A stretch of DNA of 64,000 nt. Source: Sphingomonadales bacterium. GTDB taxonomy: Bacteria; Pseudomonadota; Alphaproteobacteria; Sphingomonadales; Govanellaceae. The first letter of the stretch is position 1. Every line of letters starts with the position of its first letter. The notes below the pieces were generated by a model that was not told the origin of the DNA, made no database searches, and saw only the letters and a list, made by a program, of their open reading frames with translations. Positions 1-11,300 of this stretch are shown here, piece after piece. Both the position numbers and the translations under genes were made by a program. The stretch spans positions 9,925 through 73,924 of the forward strand of contig JACFMS010000014.1 of the NCBI GenBank assembly GCA_019455285.1. Reading direction: 5' to 3'.

Positions 1-415
1 GGGCCATTTCCCGGCCGCGGAAGCGCAGCGTCACCTTGACCTTGTCGCCCTCGTCCAAGAATTTCTTGATCGACCGCATCTTGACCTCATAGTCATGGGT
101 CTCGATGCCGGGCCGGATCTTGATTTCCTTGATTTCGATGGTCTTTTGCTTCTTGCGGGCAAGATTGGCTTTTTTCTGCTCGGCGTACTTGTACTTGCCG
201 AAATCGAGAATCTTGCACACCGGCGGGCTCGAATCGGGGGATATTTCGACGAGATCGAGGCCGACCTCGGTCGCCATCGTAAGCGCTTTCTCTATCCCTA
301 CTACGCCGTGATTTTCACCGTCCTGATCAATCAGACGGACCTCGCGGACCTTGATTTGTTCGTTGATGCGCGGCCCCTCCTGCGAGGGGGGAGCGCCCAT
401 GGGAGCTCTGGCTAT
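1..415 (-). CDS. infC: translation initiation factor IF-3 (3' end runs off the window)
   Basis: Reverse-strand translation reads (I)[38 protein letters not shown]...[15 protein letters not shown]...[41 protein letters not shown], typical IF-3. It lies directly downstream of thrS. GGAGG (423-427) sits 7 nt before an in-frame ATA (413-415); the first ATG is at 398-400. Confidence 0.88.
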   Translation of the reverse strand, partial: MARAPMGAPPSQEGPRINEQIKVREVRLIDQDGENHGVVGIEKALTMATEVGLDLVEISPDSSPPVCKILDFGKYKYAEQKKANLARKKQKTIEIKEIKIRPGIETHDYEVKMRSIKKFLDEGDKVKVTLRFRGREMA

Positions 416-518
416 GAAACTTCCTCCTTTACTGGGACGCCATGGAGCGCCGCCAATAACTTAGTTGTCATCGTTCTATGGTGGCGACAAAACACACCGC
501 CTCCTGCCGTCTATTGGG

Positions 519-2456
519 CTAGGAGGGTGCTTTTGCCTCCGCCACAAGTCTATTCACGGCGTCGTCAAGCGCAAGGCTTTCTTGCTGGTCGACGCTCAAG
601 CGACGGACGTTGACTGTCCGCTCCGCCGCCTCGCGTTCGCCCACCACCAGGATAATCGGGGTCTTGACCAGGGAATGTTCGCGCACTTTGTAGTTAATTT
701 TCTCATTGCGAACATCCGCCTCGGCCCTGATTCCCGCCTGTCGCAATGCCTTGAGAACCGCGTAGGCATAGTCATCGGCCTTGGAGGTGATGGTGGCGAC
801 CACCACCTGCTCAGGGGCAAGCCACAACGGGAAACGTCCGGCGTAATGCTCGATCAGAATACCGGTGAAGCGCTCCAGGGAACCAAACAGTGCCCGGTGC
901 AGCATCACCGGATGGTGCTTGGCGCCGTCGGCGCCGATGTAGGTGGCGCCGAGCCGCCCCGGCAGATTAAGATCAACTTGCAGCGTGCCGCACTGCCAGT
1001 CGCGGCCGATGGCGTCGCGGAGCACGAATTCAATCTTGGGGCCATAGAACGCACCCTCGCCGGGATTATAGCTATATTCCAGCCCGGTGGCCTCGATGGC
1101 GGCCCTAAGCGCCGCTTCCGACTTGTCCCAGACGTCGTTTGAACCGATGCGCTTTGACGGCCGGTCGGAGAATTTCAGACGCACGTCAGTAAAACCGAAG
1201 TCCTTATAAATGTCGAGAATAAGCCTTGTGACGGTGACGCATTCATCCTGCAACTGGTCTTCGCTGCAAAAGATGTGAGCATCGTCCTGGGTAAAGGCGC
1301 GCACCCGCATCAGGCCATGCAGCGCCCCCGACGGCTCATAGCGGTGAACCTTGCCGAACTCCGCCATCTTCAAGGGCAGATCGCGGTAGCTTTTCATGCC
1401 GATCTTGAACACTTGCACGCAGCCCGGGCAGTTCATCGGCTTGATGGCGTAGGTGCGCTCGTCCGGCGTTATGGTGGTGTACATGTTCTCGCCGAACTTT
1501 TCCCAGTGGCCGGACGCTTCCCATAAGGAACGGTCCATGACCTCAGGCGTATTAATCTCCAGATAGCCGGCGGCGTCCTGACGACGGCGCATGTAGGCAA
1601 TAAGCGACTGAAACAGCGTCCAACCCTTGGGATGCCAGAATACCGCGCCCGGCGCTTCTTCCTGGAAGTGAAACAGACCCATTTCCTTGCCGAGCTTGCG
1701 GTGATCGCGCTTCTCGGCTTCTTCCAGACGGTGAAGGTACTCCTTCAATTCCTTTTCGTCGCGCCAAGCGGTGCCGTAGATACGTTGCAGCATCTCGTTC
1801 TTGGCGTCGCCGCGCCAATAAGCGCCTGCCACCGACATCAGCTTGAAGGCGTGGCCGAGCTTGCCCGTGGACGGCAGGTGCGGGCCGCGGCAGAGGTCAA
1901 TAAAATCACCCTGGCGATAAAGCGTGATGTCCTCGTCGCCGGGGATGGCTTCAATGATCTGCGCCTTATAATGCTCGCCATCCTGTTTGAAAAAGTCGAT
2001 GGCGTCGGCGCGCTCCCACACTTCGCGCACGATGCGTTCGTCGCGATCGACGATCTCGTGCATGCGGGCCTCGATCCGGGCGAGGTCCTCGGGCGTGAAC
2101 GGCTCGGCGCGGGAGAAATCGTAATAAAAGCCGTTCTCGATGGCCGGGCCGATGGTGACCTGGGTCTCGGGGTAAAGCTCCTGCACCGCCTCGGCCATGA
2201 TGTGGGCCGCGTCATGGCGCAACAGTTCCAGCGCTTCCTCGTTCTTGCGGGTGATGATGGCGACCTTGGCGTCACGATCGATGAGGCGCGACAAATCCTG
2301 CAACTCGCCGTCAACGCGCATGGCGATGGCGGCCTTGGCCAGCCCAGGGCCGATATCGGCGGCCAGCGTCTCGCCGGTGACGGCGCGGTCATAGCGGCGC
2401 TGGCTGCCATCGGGCAGGGTTATGGTTACGGCACGTTGCGGCTCACGCTCGCTCAT
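519..2456 (-). CDS. thrS: threonine--tRNA ligase
   Basis: 645-aa ORF. N-terminal TGS-like region ([12 protein letters not shown]), editing domain, class II core ([26 protein letters not shown]) and C-terminal anticodon-binding domain. Classic thrS-infC synteny. Confidence 0.97.
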   Translation of the reverse strand: MSEREPQRAVTITLPDGSQRRYDRAVTGETLAADIGPGLAKAAIAMRVDGELQDLSRLIDRDAKVAIITRKNEEALELLRHDAAHIMAEAVQELYPETQVTIGPAIENGFYYDFSRAEPFTPEDLARIEARMHEIVDRDERIVREVWERADAIDFFKQDGEHYKAQIIEAIPGDEDITLYRQGDFIDLCRGPHLPSTGKLGHAFKLMSVAGAYWRGDAKNEMLQRIYGTAWRDEKELKEYLHRLEEAEKRDHRKLGKEMGLFHFQEEAPGAVFWHPKGWTLFQSLIAYMRRRQDAAGYLEINTPEVMDRSLWEASGHWEKFGENMYTTITPDERTYAIKPMNCPGCVQVFKIGMKSYRDLPLKMAEFGKVHRYEPSGALHGLMRVRAFTQDDAHIFCSEDQLQDECVTVTRLILDIYKDFGFTDVRLKFSDRPSKRIGSNDVWDKSEAALRAAIEATGLEYSYNPGEGAFYGPKIEFVLRDAIGRDWQCGTLQVDLNLPGRLGATYIGADGAKHHPVMLHRALFGSLERFTGILIEHYAGRFPLWLAPEQVVVATITSKADDYAYAVLKALRQAGIRAEADVRNEKINYKVREHSLVKTPIILVVGEREAAERTVNVRRLSVDQQESLALDDAVNRLVAEAKAPS

Positions 2457-2522
2457 GGCGGTTCTCGTCCAACGATGGGGCTCTTTTGGTCAGCCCGGAA
2501 GGTAGTGGGATTTCCCGCCCTG

Positions 2523-3749
2523 TCAAGCGCTGCGGCGGTCTTCCGCCGGGCCTGTTGCCGCCGCGGCCAGTACGCGGGCGTAGACCTCAAAGGTGCGCCG
2601 GCACATCGCCTCCAAGGTGAAATGCCGTTCGATGTGGGCGCGGGCGGCCAGGGCAATGCGCTCGCGCTTGGCGGGGCCGAGCGATAACCCTTCCGCGATG
2701 GCGGCGCTCAAGGCCGCCGCATCTCCCGGGGTGACGAGCCAGCCGGTTTCCGGCGCACGCACGATCTGAAGCGCGCTGCCGTGGTTGGCGGCCGCCACCG
2801 GCCGGCCCATGGCCAGCGCTTCGGCAGCGGCCAACGCGAAGGCCTCCGGCTCCAGGCTGGGGATAACCACCAGATCAGCGAGCATGTAGACCGCCGGCAT
2901 ATCGTCGCAAAAGCCGCCGAAGCGCACCTTGCCTTCAAGGTTTCTGGCGACGATCAGTTCCTCGATCTCCTGACGGTAAGTGTCGTTCTGGCTGTCGTCG
3001 CCGAGCATCAGGCAATAGAACGGCCGCGGCCCAAGCAGCGCCAGCGCTTCGATGAGGAGGGCGTGGCCCTTCTCCGGCAGCAGCGCCGCCGGCATGATGA
3101 TTAAAGGCACGCCATCGGGCAACAGGAGCTTTTGCGCATGCTTGATCAGCCGGTCGGCATTGATCGCGCCGGGGTTGAAGCGCGCCAGATTGACGCCGCG
3201 TGGGATCACCGTCAGCCGATCACCGGCGAGCCCTAAGACGTTGCGCGCATGAGCAGCGACGAAATCGGACACCGCAATGACATGATCGGCGTTGCGCAAG
3301 GCGTCAGCGTACCAATGATGAACGCGGCGCGTCGGCTCAAAACAATCATGAAGGGTGGCGACGATCGGTAGCTTGGCGAAGCGCTGGGCTTTTGTCGCCG
3401 CCCAAGCGGCGGGCGCGCTGCGGGCATGAAAAATATTGATCCCTTCACGAGAAGCCAGGCGGCTTAATTGCCAGGCCAGCTTCAACATCAGCCAGGGTGA
3501 GTCGCTATCCACCCGCAGGGTTTCGTGGGTGATGCCGCCGCGCAACACCTCCGGCAACAAGCGTCCGCCTTCCGAAGCGATGAGAACGCGGCCGCCGGCG
3601 CGCACCAGGGCCATCGACAAGTCGATGGCGCCGCGCGCCGTCCCGCCGACCTCAAGGCGCGGCAGGATTTCCAGCACCGACAGCGCTTGCCGCGCCGCCG
3701 GCGATTCGCTAGCTAAAGAAGCCGACGATGAGGAAGGGTCAATGGCCAT
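2523..3749 (-). CDS. glycosyltransferase, GT4 (group 1) family
   Basis: 408-aa ORF with an N-terminal LEILPRLEVGGTARG motif and a C-terminal GT1 signature (PSLEPEAFALAAAEALAMGRPVAAANHG). The ATG at 3749 overlaps the divergent hydrolase start by 8 bp. An in-frame GTG at 3677 is an alternative start. Confidence 0.85.
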   Translation of the reverse strand: MAIDPSSSSASLASESPAARQALSVLEILPRLEVGGTARGAIDLSMALVRAGGRVLIASEGGRLLPEVLRGGITHETLRVDSDSPWLMLKLAWQLSRLASREGINIFHARSAPAAWAATKAQRFAKLPIVATLHDCFEPTRRVHHWYADALRNADHVIAVSDFVAAHARNVLGLAGDRLTVIPRGVNLARFNPGAINADRLIKHAQKLLLPDGVPLIIMPAALLPEKGHALLIEALALLGPRPFYCLMLGDDSQNDTYRQEIEELIVARNLEGKVRFGGFCDDMPAVYMLADLVVIPSLEPEAFALAAAEALAMGRPVAAANHGSALQIVRAPETGWLVTPGDAAALSAAIAEGLSLGPAKRERIALAARAHIERHFTLEAMCRRTFEVYARVLAAAATGPAEDRRSA

Positions 3750-4491
3750 GGTTCAACGAATCGAAGTCTCTGACGGCACTATCATTGCCTATGAACGGAC
3801 GCCGGGGAAGGGGCCGGGCGTGATTTTTCTTGGCGGCTTCATGTCGGACATGACCGGCAGCAAAGCGACGGCGCTGGAGGCGCATTGCCGATCGAGCGGG
3901 CGGGCGTTCGTCCGCTTCGATTATCTGGGGCATGGACAGTCCTCGGGCGCGGTGCGGGACGGCACCATCGGCCGCTGGCTGGAAGATTCGCTCCTGGTGT
4001 TCGACCGCCTGACCGAAGGAGCGCAGATCGTTATCGGCTCCAGCATGGGCAGTTGGCTGGCGCTGTTGTTGACGCTGGCCCGCCCGGACCGCGTCAAGGC
4101 GCTGATCGGCATCGGCTCGGCCCCGGATTTCACCCGCGAGCTGATGTGGCCGAATTTTTCCGAGGACGAAAAGCGGCAACTCCTCTCCAACGGATTTATC
4201 ACGCAGCCGTCCTATTACAGCCCCGATCCTTACGTCATCAGTTACCGGCTGATCGAAGAGGCGGATCGACATTTGCTGCTGAACAGCGAGATCGCCATCG
4301 ACTGTCCGGTGCGGCTCTATCACGGCCTTCTTGATCATGACGTTCCCTGGCAGCTTGCCCATCGCCTTATGGAACGCTTGAGAGCAGAAGATGTGACGCT
4401 GACGCTGGTTAAGAACGGCGATCATCGGCTGTCATCGCCGGCCGACATCACACGCCTGATTGCCGAGGTGGATGCCTTGGCCGTGCTATAA
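3742..4491 (+). CDS. alpha/beta-fold hydrolase
   Basis: MAMVQRIEVSDG...GVIFLGGFMSDMTGSKA...; nucleophile elbow GSSMGSW; C-terminal GDHRL. The long upstream part of the ORF-track frame (3436-3741) is antisense to the glycosyltransferase and was trimmed. Confidence 0.8.
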   Translation: MAMVQRIEVSDGTIIAYERTPGKGPGVIFLGGFMSDMTGSKATALEAHCRSSGRAFVRFDYLGHGQSSGAVRDGTIGRWLEDSLLVFDRLTEGAQIVIGSSMGSWLALLLTLARPDRVKALIGIGSAPDFTRELMWPNFSEDEKRQLLSNGFITQPSYYSPDPYVISYRLIEEADRHLLLNSEIAIDCPVRLYHGLLDHDVPWQLAHRLMERLRAEDVTLTLVKNGDHRLSSPADITRLIAEVDALAVL

Positions 4492-5325
4492 CAGGGCTTT
4501 CAGTCCTTCCCGATAGGTCGGATAAAGCAGCCGCACGCCAAGCTCGCGCTTGATACGATCGTTGCGCACCCGCTTATTCTCGGCGTAAAAACTTTTTGCC
4601 ATGTCGCTTAGCGACGGATCATCAGCGCTGATGGTCGGCGGCGCGGGCAAGCCAAGGAGAGTTGCCGCATAATCAATGACATCCTCCGGCGGCGCGGCTT
4701 CATCATCGCACACATTATAAATTCGTCCGGGATTGGGATGCTCCATGGACGCCATAAGAATGGCGATGATGTCATCGACATGGATGCGCGAGAACACCTG
4801 TCCGGGTTTGATCACGCGCCGCGCCTCGCCGCGCCTTAAGGACTCCAACTGATTGCGGCCTGGTCCATAAATTCCGGCCAGGCGAAAGACGTGCACCGGC
4901 AGGCCGTGCCGGCGATAAAGATCAAGCCATTGCCGTTCAGCCAACACCCGGCGTACCCCGCGCGCCGTGGTTGGTGCGGCGGGCGTTTCCTCGTCCACCC
5001 ATTGGCCGCCCTTGTCGCCGTAGACGCCGGTGGTGGACAAGTACCCAAGCCACTGGAGATGCGGCAACCGGCGCAATTCCTCGGCCATGATCCGCGCCAC
5101 CGGATCGCCCGCATCGTCCGGCGGTATGCTGAGCAGCACGTGGCTGACATCATCGGAAAGCTTGATTTCCGTGCTGCCGTCAAAAGCATAGAGGTGAACG
5201 CCATTGGCGCAATCCGCTGCCGGGGCGCGGCGGGTGCCGGACACCCTCCAGCCTGCGGCCAGAAGCTCGCGCGCCAGGTGGCTTGCCGTATAGCCAAGCC
5301 CAAAACAAAACAAATGATTGGCCAT
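4486..5325 (-). CDS. NAD-dependent epimerase/dehydratase (extended SDR) family protein
   Basis: Start taken at MANHLFCFGLGYTASHLARELLAAGWRVSGTRR (Rossmann-like GxGxxA). About 279 aa, with typical SDR-e length and layout. Confidence 0.75.
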   Translation of the reverse strand: MANHLFCFGLGYTASHLARELLAAGWRVSGTRRAPAADCANGVHLYAFDGSTEIKLSDDVSHVLLSIPPDDAGDPVARIMAEELRRLPHLQWLGYLSTTGVYGDKGGQWVDEETPAAPTTARGVRRVLAERQWLDLYRRHGLPVHVFRLAGIYGPGRNQLESLRRGEARRVIKPGQVFSRIHVDDIIAILMASMEHPNPGRIYNVCDDEAAPPEDVIDYAATLLGLPAPPTISADDPSLSDMAKSFYAENKRVRNDRIKRELGVRLLYPTYREGLKALL

Positions 5326-5395
5326 AATCCCGCTCAGGTCTTGTGCCTCTCTGTCATACGATGCTACGACCGGAAAAGCCAAAAGGTTTGCACCC

Positions 5396-6184
5396 ATGTT
5401 TATGATTTTAGCCGTTGTGGTTCAGCTTGCCGCCGCTGACAATCCGTTCGCGGGCACGCCGCAGCCGGACGCCGCGCGCTATCAGGCCTGTCTCGCTCAG
5501 GCGGCCGTCAACCCGGTGGTGGCGCGCCGCGCCGCCGAGGTGTGGCTGGACAACGAGGGCGGCGCGCCGGCCAAGCACTGCTTAGGAACCGCGCTGGCGG
5601 GCCTTGGGCAGATGGAAGAGGCCGCCGCCTGGGTGGAGGATGCGGCGCATGACGTTGCCGCTGGCAAAAGCGCCGCTTCCTTGGGCGCGCTGCGCACGCC
5701 AGAATTGATTGCCGAGTTGAAAGCCCAGGCTGCCGACTATTGGCTGGGGGCGCGCGACTACGAGATCGCCCTGGCGCGGCTTGAGGAAGCGATCGCGCTG
5801 GTCTCGGCGGCGTCGGAGAAAATGGTCGATTACCTGATCCTCTATGCCCGCGCCGCCGCTGGACTGCAACGATACGCGCTTGCCGTCGACTCGCTAACCC
5901 AGCTCATCGACCGCCACCCCGACCATGCCGAAGCTCATGTGCTGCGCGCCACTGCGTCGCGCCACCTCGGACATTACGAGGAGGCGGAAGTTGATCTGAC
6001 CCGTGCGCTGACGCTCTCACCCGATGACAAGGATGCGTTGCTGGAACGCGGTATCGTACGCCGTCTGGGCGGCGATACGCAAGGGGCCAAAGCCGATTGG
6101 CAGCGGATCGTGACGCTTTATCCGGAGAGTGACGCGGCGGCCACGGCGCAGCGTAACCTGGAGCTTCTGGACGGTGGGAATTAA
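5396..6184 (+). CDS. secreted tetratricopeptide-repeat protein
   Basis: Start taken at [18 protein letters not shown] (signal-like). C-terminal TPR-like repeats ([42 protein letters not shown]). Confidence 0.65.
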   Translation: MFMILAVVVQLAAADNPFAGTPQPDAARYQACLAQAAVNPVVARRAAEVWLDNEGGAPAKHCLGTALAGLGQMEEAAAWVEDAAHDVAAGKSAASLGALRTPELIAELKAQAADYWLGARDYEIALARLEEAIALVSAASEKMVDYLILYARAAAGLQRYALAVDSLTQLIDRHPDHAEAHVLRATASRHLGHYEEAEVDLTRALTLSPDDKDALLERGIVRRLGGDTQGAKADWQRIVTLYPESDAAATAQRNLELLDGGN

Positions 6185-7299
6185 CTCCATTCGGCGCGCA
6201 CGTCGGCATCGCGTTCGTGCGCTAGATGCGCGCGTCGCATGTCGGCGAAAGCGGAAGCGGGCAGCAGTTGCGATAGCGCCCATACCGCCATGGCGCGCAC
6301 CAGCGGCGAAGCGTCGCCGAGCAATGTTTCCGCCGTCGCCGCCAGCGCTGCGTCGTTTGAATTGCCGATGGCGATCAGCACATTGCGGATAAAACGGTCC
6401 CGGCCCAGGCGCTTGACGGGTGAGCCGGAAAACAGCGCGCGGAAGGAGGCGTCGTCCAGCTGCGCCAGCTCGGCAAGTTTGGGCGCGGTCAGATCGGGGC
6501 GCGGCTGTAGCGCGGCTTCGCGCGCTTTAGCCGCAAATTTGTTCCACGGGCAGACCGCCAGACAATCATCGCAGCCGTAAATGCGATTGCCGAGGTGCGG
6601 CCGTAGCGCACGGTCAATGTGTCCTTTATGCTCGATGGTCAAATACGAAATGCAGCGCCGGGCATCGAGCACATAGGGCGCGGGGAAAGCCTGGGTAGGG
6701 CAGATGTCCAGACAGCGCCGGCAGTCGCCGCAGCGGTCGGCATGGGGCGCATCGGGGATCAGGTCGAGCGTGGTGAAGACCGCGCCCAGGAACGTCCACG
6801 AGCCGAGATCGCGCGTTACCAGATTGGTATGCTTGCCCTGCCAGCCAAGACCGGCGGCGGCGGCCAGCGGCTTTTCCATCACCGGCGCGGTGTCGACGAA
6901 GACCTTGACTTGCGCGCCGTAGGTTCCGGCGATGAAGCGCGCCACCGCTTTGAGGCGTTTTTTGACCAGATCATGATAATCGCGGTTTTGCGCATAAACC
7001 GAAATCACGCCGCGATCACGGCGGTTCATGCGCGCCAGCACCTCGTCCTCGGGGCCGTAGTTCATCGCCATCATGACGATGCTTTTCACCTCCGGCCACA
7101 AGGCTCGCGGGTCGCGCCGCCATGCCGCCTTCTCGGCAAGCCATGTCATGTCGCCGTGATAGCCGCGCCGCAATGCTTCCATCAAATGCGCGCCGGAGCG
7201 CGAAACGGCGGCAGGATCGGCGATGCCGACGAGATCGAAGCCGGCGCGCCGCGCTTCTTCCTGGATGCGGTCTTTGGCTTCAGAAATCGAGATCGGCAT
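6181..7299 (-). CDS. queG: tRNA epoxyqueuosine(34) reductase
   Basis: 372 aa. Two ferredoxin-type clusters ([12 protein letters not shown] and [13 protein letters not shown]) and a C-terminal HEAT-like region ([12 protein letters not shown]), the standard QueG architecture. Confidence 0.9.
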   Translation of the reverse strand: MPISISEAKDRIQEEARRAGFDLVGIADPAAVSRSGAHLMEALRRGYHGDMTWLAEKAAWRRDPRALWPEVKSIVMMAMNYGPEDEVLARMNRRDRGVISVYAQNRDYHDLVKKRLKAVARFIAGTYGAQVKVFVDTAPVMEKPLAAAAGLGWQGKHTNLVTRDLGSWTFLGAVFTTLDLIPDAPHADRCGDCRRCLDICPTQAFPAPYVLDARRCISYLTIEHKGHIDRALRPHLGNRIYGCDDCLAVCPWNKFAAKAREAALQPRPDLTAPKLAELAQLDDASFRALFSGSPVKRLGRDRFIRNVLIAIGNSNDAALAATAETLLGDASPLVRAMAVWALSQLLPASAFADMRRAHLAHERDADVRAEWS

Positions 7300-7948
7300 A
7301 GTGAGCGGGCGGCCGCAAGCCGGCGACGAAATCCTTCAGGATCGGCCGCATGCTGGGGCGAGACTTGATGCGCATGTACCACGCCTTGGCGCGTTCGTTA
7401 CTCTCCCATGGCACGGCGCCCAGGTAATCCGCGGCAGAGAGGTGGGCGGCGGCGGCGATATCTGCCAGCGTCATGCGGTCGCCGGCCAGCCAGTCGCGCC
7501 GGTCGGCGAGGTAGGCAATGTAATCAAGGTGTATGCGGATGTTGTGGGCGGCGACGCGCAGGGCCTCTGAATCGGGCTCGCCCTGGCGCAGGAAACGCTT
7601 CATCACCTTTTCGGTGACGACATAATTGGTTACCTCACGATAAAACTTGGCGTCGAACCACCATAACAGCCGACGCACCTCGGCGCGCATCTGCGGCGTC
7701 TCGCCCATCAGATTGCGTTCAGGATAGGCTTCTTCCAGGTATTCGGTGATGGCGTGATTGTCGGCCACCACCAGGCCGTTGGCCTCGATCAGCACCGGCA
7801 CCGTGCCCGAGGGATTGAGCGCCAGGAACTCGCGCCGCCGCTCCCAGGGCTTCTCAATCTTCAGATCGACCTCAAGCCCTTTTTCCGCCAGCACGATCCG
7901 CGCTTTGCGGGAATAGGGACAGAACCAGCTATGATACAGCGTTCGCAT
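7280..7948 (-). CDS. glutathione S-transferase family protein
   Basis: Start taken at [27 protein letters not shown]...[10 protein letters not shown] (thioredoxin-like GST N-domain) followed by a helical C-domain. Overlaps the queG start by 20 bp. Confidence 0.85.
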   Translation of the reverse strand: MRTLYHSWFCPYSRKARIVLAEKGLEVDLKIEKPWERRREFLALNPSGTVPVLIEANGLVVADNHAITEYLEEAYPERNLMGETPQMRAEVRRLLWWFDAKFYREVTNYVVTEKVMKRFLRQGEPDSEALRVAAHNIRIHLDYIAYLADRRDWLAGDRMTLADIAAAAHLSAADYLGAVPWESNERAKAWYMRIKSRPSMRPILKDFVAGLRPPAHYADLDF

Positions 7949-7964
7949 GGGGGCAATTAGTAGT

Positions 7965-8150
7965 TCACTTGGCCAACCGCTCATAAAGCGAGGCGTAGCG
8001 GTCATGGCTTGCTTGGTAATGAGCCATGATGTGACGACGGAGTGCCGCATGTTGGTGTTTTGCACGGCGGACGTCAAAGGTGTTGCGGCAGATTTTCGTC
8101 GGCAGCATAGCCTTGACCAAGGCGGCGAATTTAAGTTGAAAAATGTTCAT
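7965..8150 (-). CDS. small hypothetical protein (about 61 aa)
   Basis: ORF MNIFQLKFAALVKAMLPTKICRNTFDVRRAKHQHAALRRHIMAHYQASHDRYASLYERLAK lies 16 nt upstream of the GST gene on the same strand. Local GC is lower than the flanks and I recognise no family. Confidence 0.35.
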   Translation of the reverse strand: MNIFQLKFAALVKAMLPTKICRNTFDVRRAKHQHAALRRHIMAHYQASHDRYASLYERLAK

Positions 8151-8220
8151 CAGCCTACCTTCGTTAAGCTCCACAAGCTACTATGATATAGTAAAGAACG
8201 TTCTTGTGAAATCCTATCGA

Positions 8221-8303
8221 CGTCATGCCCGCTTCAAGCGGGCATCCGGCAGCTATTTACAGAACAGATAAGACCGGATCCCCGCTTAAGAAGCGGGGAT
8301 GAC
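8221..8303. repeat. pair of REP-like GC-rich palindromes downstream of gltB
   Basis: ATGCCCGCTTcaAGCGGGCAT (8225-8245) and ATCCCCGCTTaagAAGCGGGGAT (8278-8300). The outer flanks cgtcat / atgac are also mutually complementary. Confidence 0.6.
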
Positions 8304-8328
8304 ATGGCTAGGCTGGCGGATTATGAGA

Positions 8329-11300
8329 TCAACCTGTTGCGGCGAGATAGCCGGTTTCCTCCAAGGGCGCGGCGAGGCGGTCGACGATCTCCTTCGGGCA
8401 GACCTGCCAGAAGAGGCCGCGGGTGGCGTCCCAGTTGGCGAGGATGGTGGCGGCATGGGCTGATTGGGTCTCCGCCGCGTGCTCGCCGATCAGGCGCTTG
8501 ACCACCCCTTCCCAATGCGCCGAGGCGATGCGCCGCACCACCACCGAATCAGGGTTCAAGTGGCTCATGAAGGTGTCGTTCTCGTCATAGACGAAGGCCA
8601 TGCCACCGGTCATGCCGGCGGCAAAATTGTCGCCCACTTCGCCCAAGATCACGGCGACGCCGCCGGTCATGTATTCGCAGCCGTTGGCGCCGCAGCCCTC
8701 GATCACCACCTCGGCCCCGGAATTGCGCACCGCGAAGCGCTCGCCGGCCTGACCGGCGGCGAACAGCTTGCCGGCGGTGGCGCCGTAAAGCACGGTGTTG
8801 CCGATGATGGTGTTGTAGTTGCTGACCAGGGGGCTTGAAGTCATGGGACGGACCACGATGGTGCCGCCCGACAATCCCTTGCCGACGTAATCGTTGGCGT
8901 CGCCGAAGACTTCCAATTTCAAGCCTTGCACCGCGAACGCGCCCAGTGACTGCCCGGCCGAGCCCCTGAGGCGCACGGTGATATGACCAGGCTTCAAGCC
9001 GGTCATGCCGAAACGGCGCACGATATGCGAGGAAAACCGCGTGCCGATGGCGCGCAGGGTGTTGCGCACGGTGTAGGTGAGCTGCATCTTCTCACCCTGC
9101 TCGAACACTGCCTTGGCGTCTTCCACCATCTTGGCGTCCAGGGTATCGGGCACCGGGTTGCGCCAGGTGGCGCGGGTCTTGCGGTCGCCCGGCGCGACAT
9201 CGACACGGGCCAGTAGCGGGTTTAAGTCCAAATCGTCCAGGTGCGCCGCGCCGCGGTTGACCTGGGCCAACAGATCGCTGCGGCCGATGATGTCGTCGAT
9301 GGTGCGATAGCCGAGCTTGGCGATGATCTCGCGTACCTCCTCGGCGACGAAGCTGAAAAGGTTGACGACCTTTTCCGGCGTGCCGGTGAATTTCTTGCGC
9401 AGCTCCGGGTCTTGCGTGCACACCCCCACCGGACAGGTGTTGGAGTGGCACTGGCGCACCATGATGCAGCCCATGGCGACGAGCGACGCCGTGCCGACGC
9501 CGAATTCCTCGGCGCCCAACAACGCCGCCACCACCACGTCGCGCCCAGTTTTGATGCCGCCGTCGACGCGCAAGGTGACGCGGTCGCGCAGCTTGTTTAA
9601 GGTCAGCACCTGATGCACTTCCGACAGGCCCATTTCCCACGGCGTGCCGGCGTACTTGATGCTGGTCTGCGGGCTCGCCCCGGTGCCGCCGCAGTTGCCC
9701 GAGATCAGGATCACGTCAGCCTTGGCCTTGGCGACGCCGGCGGCGATGGTGCCGATGCCGGCCGCCGAAACGAGCTTGACACACACCCGCGCCACCGGGT
9801 TGATCTGCTTTAAGTCATAGATGAGCTGCGCCAGATCCTCGATCGAATAAATATCATGGTGCGGCGGCGGCGAGATCAGCATCACGCCGGGCGTCGAATG
9901 GCGCAGCCGCGCGATCTCCACCGTTACCTTGAAGCCCGGCAGCTGGCCGCCTTCGCCGGGCTTGGCGCCTTGCGCGATCTTGATCTCAATCTCGCTGCAA
10001 TTGTTCAAATACTCGGCGGTGACGCCGAACCTGCCGGAAGCGATCTGCTTGATGGGCGAGTTGGCGTTGTCGCCGTTCTCCCGCGGCCGATAACGCTCCG
10101 CACCTTCGCCGCCTTCGCCCGAGGACGATTTGGCGCCGATGCGGTTCATGGCGATAGTCAAGGTTTCGTGCGCCTCCGCCGACAGCGCGCCCAACGACAT
10201 GCCGGGGGTGATGAAACGCTTTCTGATCTCGGTGATGGATTCCACTTCCTCCAGCGCGCCCGGCTTTGCCGGATACTTGAAATCAAGAAGGTCGCGCAAA
10301 TTGACCGGCGGCATGTCGTAAAGCGCGTGCGCGTATTTCAAGTACAGGGAATAGGAATCGGTGGCCACCGCCTGCTGCATCATATGGATCAAGGGGCCGT
10401 CGAAGGCATGCAGCTCGCCGCCCTTCCTATAGCGATAGATGCCGCCGATGGGCAGGCTGATCACGTCATCGCGGTAAGCCTTGGCGTGCTGTTCGAGAAT
10501 TTTCTTCTGCACGCCGGCGGAGCCGATGCCGGAAATTTTCGATGGCATGCCAGGGAAGAATTCCAGCACCAGCGAGCGGCTCAAGCCCACCGCTTCGAAA
10601 TTATAGCCGCCGCGATAGGAACTGATGACCGAAATGCCCATCTTGGACATGATCTTCAAAATGCCCTGGTCGATGGCGGTGCGGAAATTGCGCAAGCACT
10701 CCTCGAACGACAGGTCGCCGAACAACCCGCGGCGATGACGATCGGCGATGGATTCTTGCGCCAGGTAGGCATTGACCGTGGTGGCGCCAACGCCGATCAA
10801 TACCGCGAAGTAATGGGTATCGAGACACTCCGAAGAGCGCACGTTGATCGAGGTATAGGTGCGCAAGCCCTGCCGCATGAGGTGGGAATGGACGCCGCCG
10901 GCGGCCAGGATCATCGGGATCGGCGCGCGATCCTCGCTGATGTATTCGTCGGTTAAAAAGAGCTGGCCCTTGCCGGCGCGCACCGCATCCTCCGCCTCCG
11001 AGCGGATGCGTTTGATGGCGTCCTTCAAGGCGTCGTCGCCGCCGTCCGCCGGGAAGGTGCAGTCGATCACCTGGGCGCTGTCGCCCCAGTGCTTTAACAG
11101 CAGATCGTATTCGCCGTTGGTGAGCACCGGCGAGGACAGCACCAGCACATTGGTCTGATTGGCGTTCTGCTCCAGCACGTTGTTGAAGTTGCCGAACCGC
11201 GTTTTTAAGCTCATCACGCGGTATTCGCGTAAACTATCGATGGGCGGGTTGGTGACTTGGCTGAAGTTCTGCCTGAAATAGTGGCTGAGCGGCCGATACT

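Noticed and set aside
465-2687. Long plus-strand ORFs (465-1142, 1632-2687) opposite thrS. Similar antisense ORFs lie opposite gltB, gltD, the coiled-coil gene (17608-18594), the DMGDH-like gene (29458-30687, 30730-31791), the TonB receptors and the tail genes (63515-63997).
   Set aside because: These are typical shadow ORFs of high-GC genomes. They have Arg/Ala/Gly/Pro-rich low-complexity translations, no recognisable motifs, and each is fully covered by a well-supported gene on the other strand.
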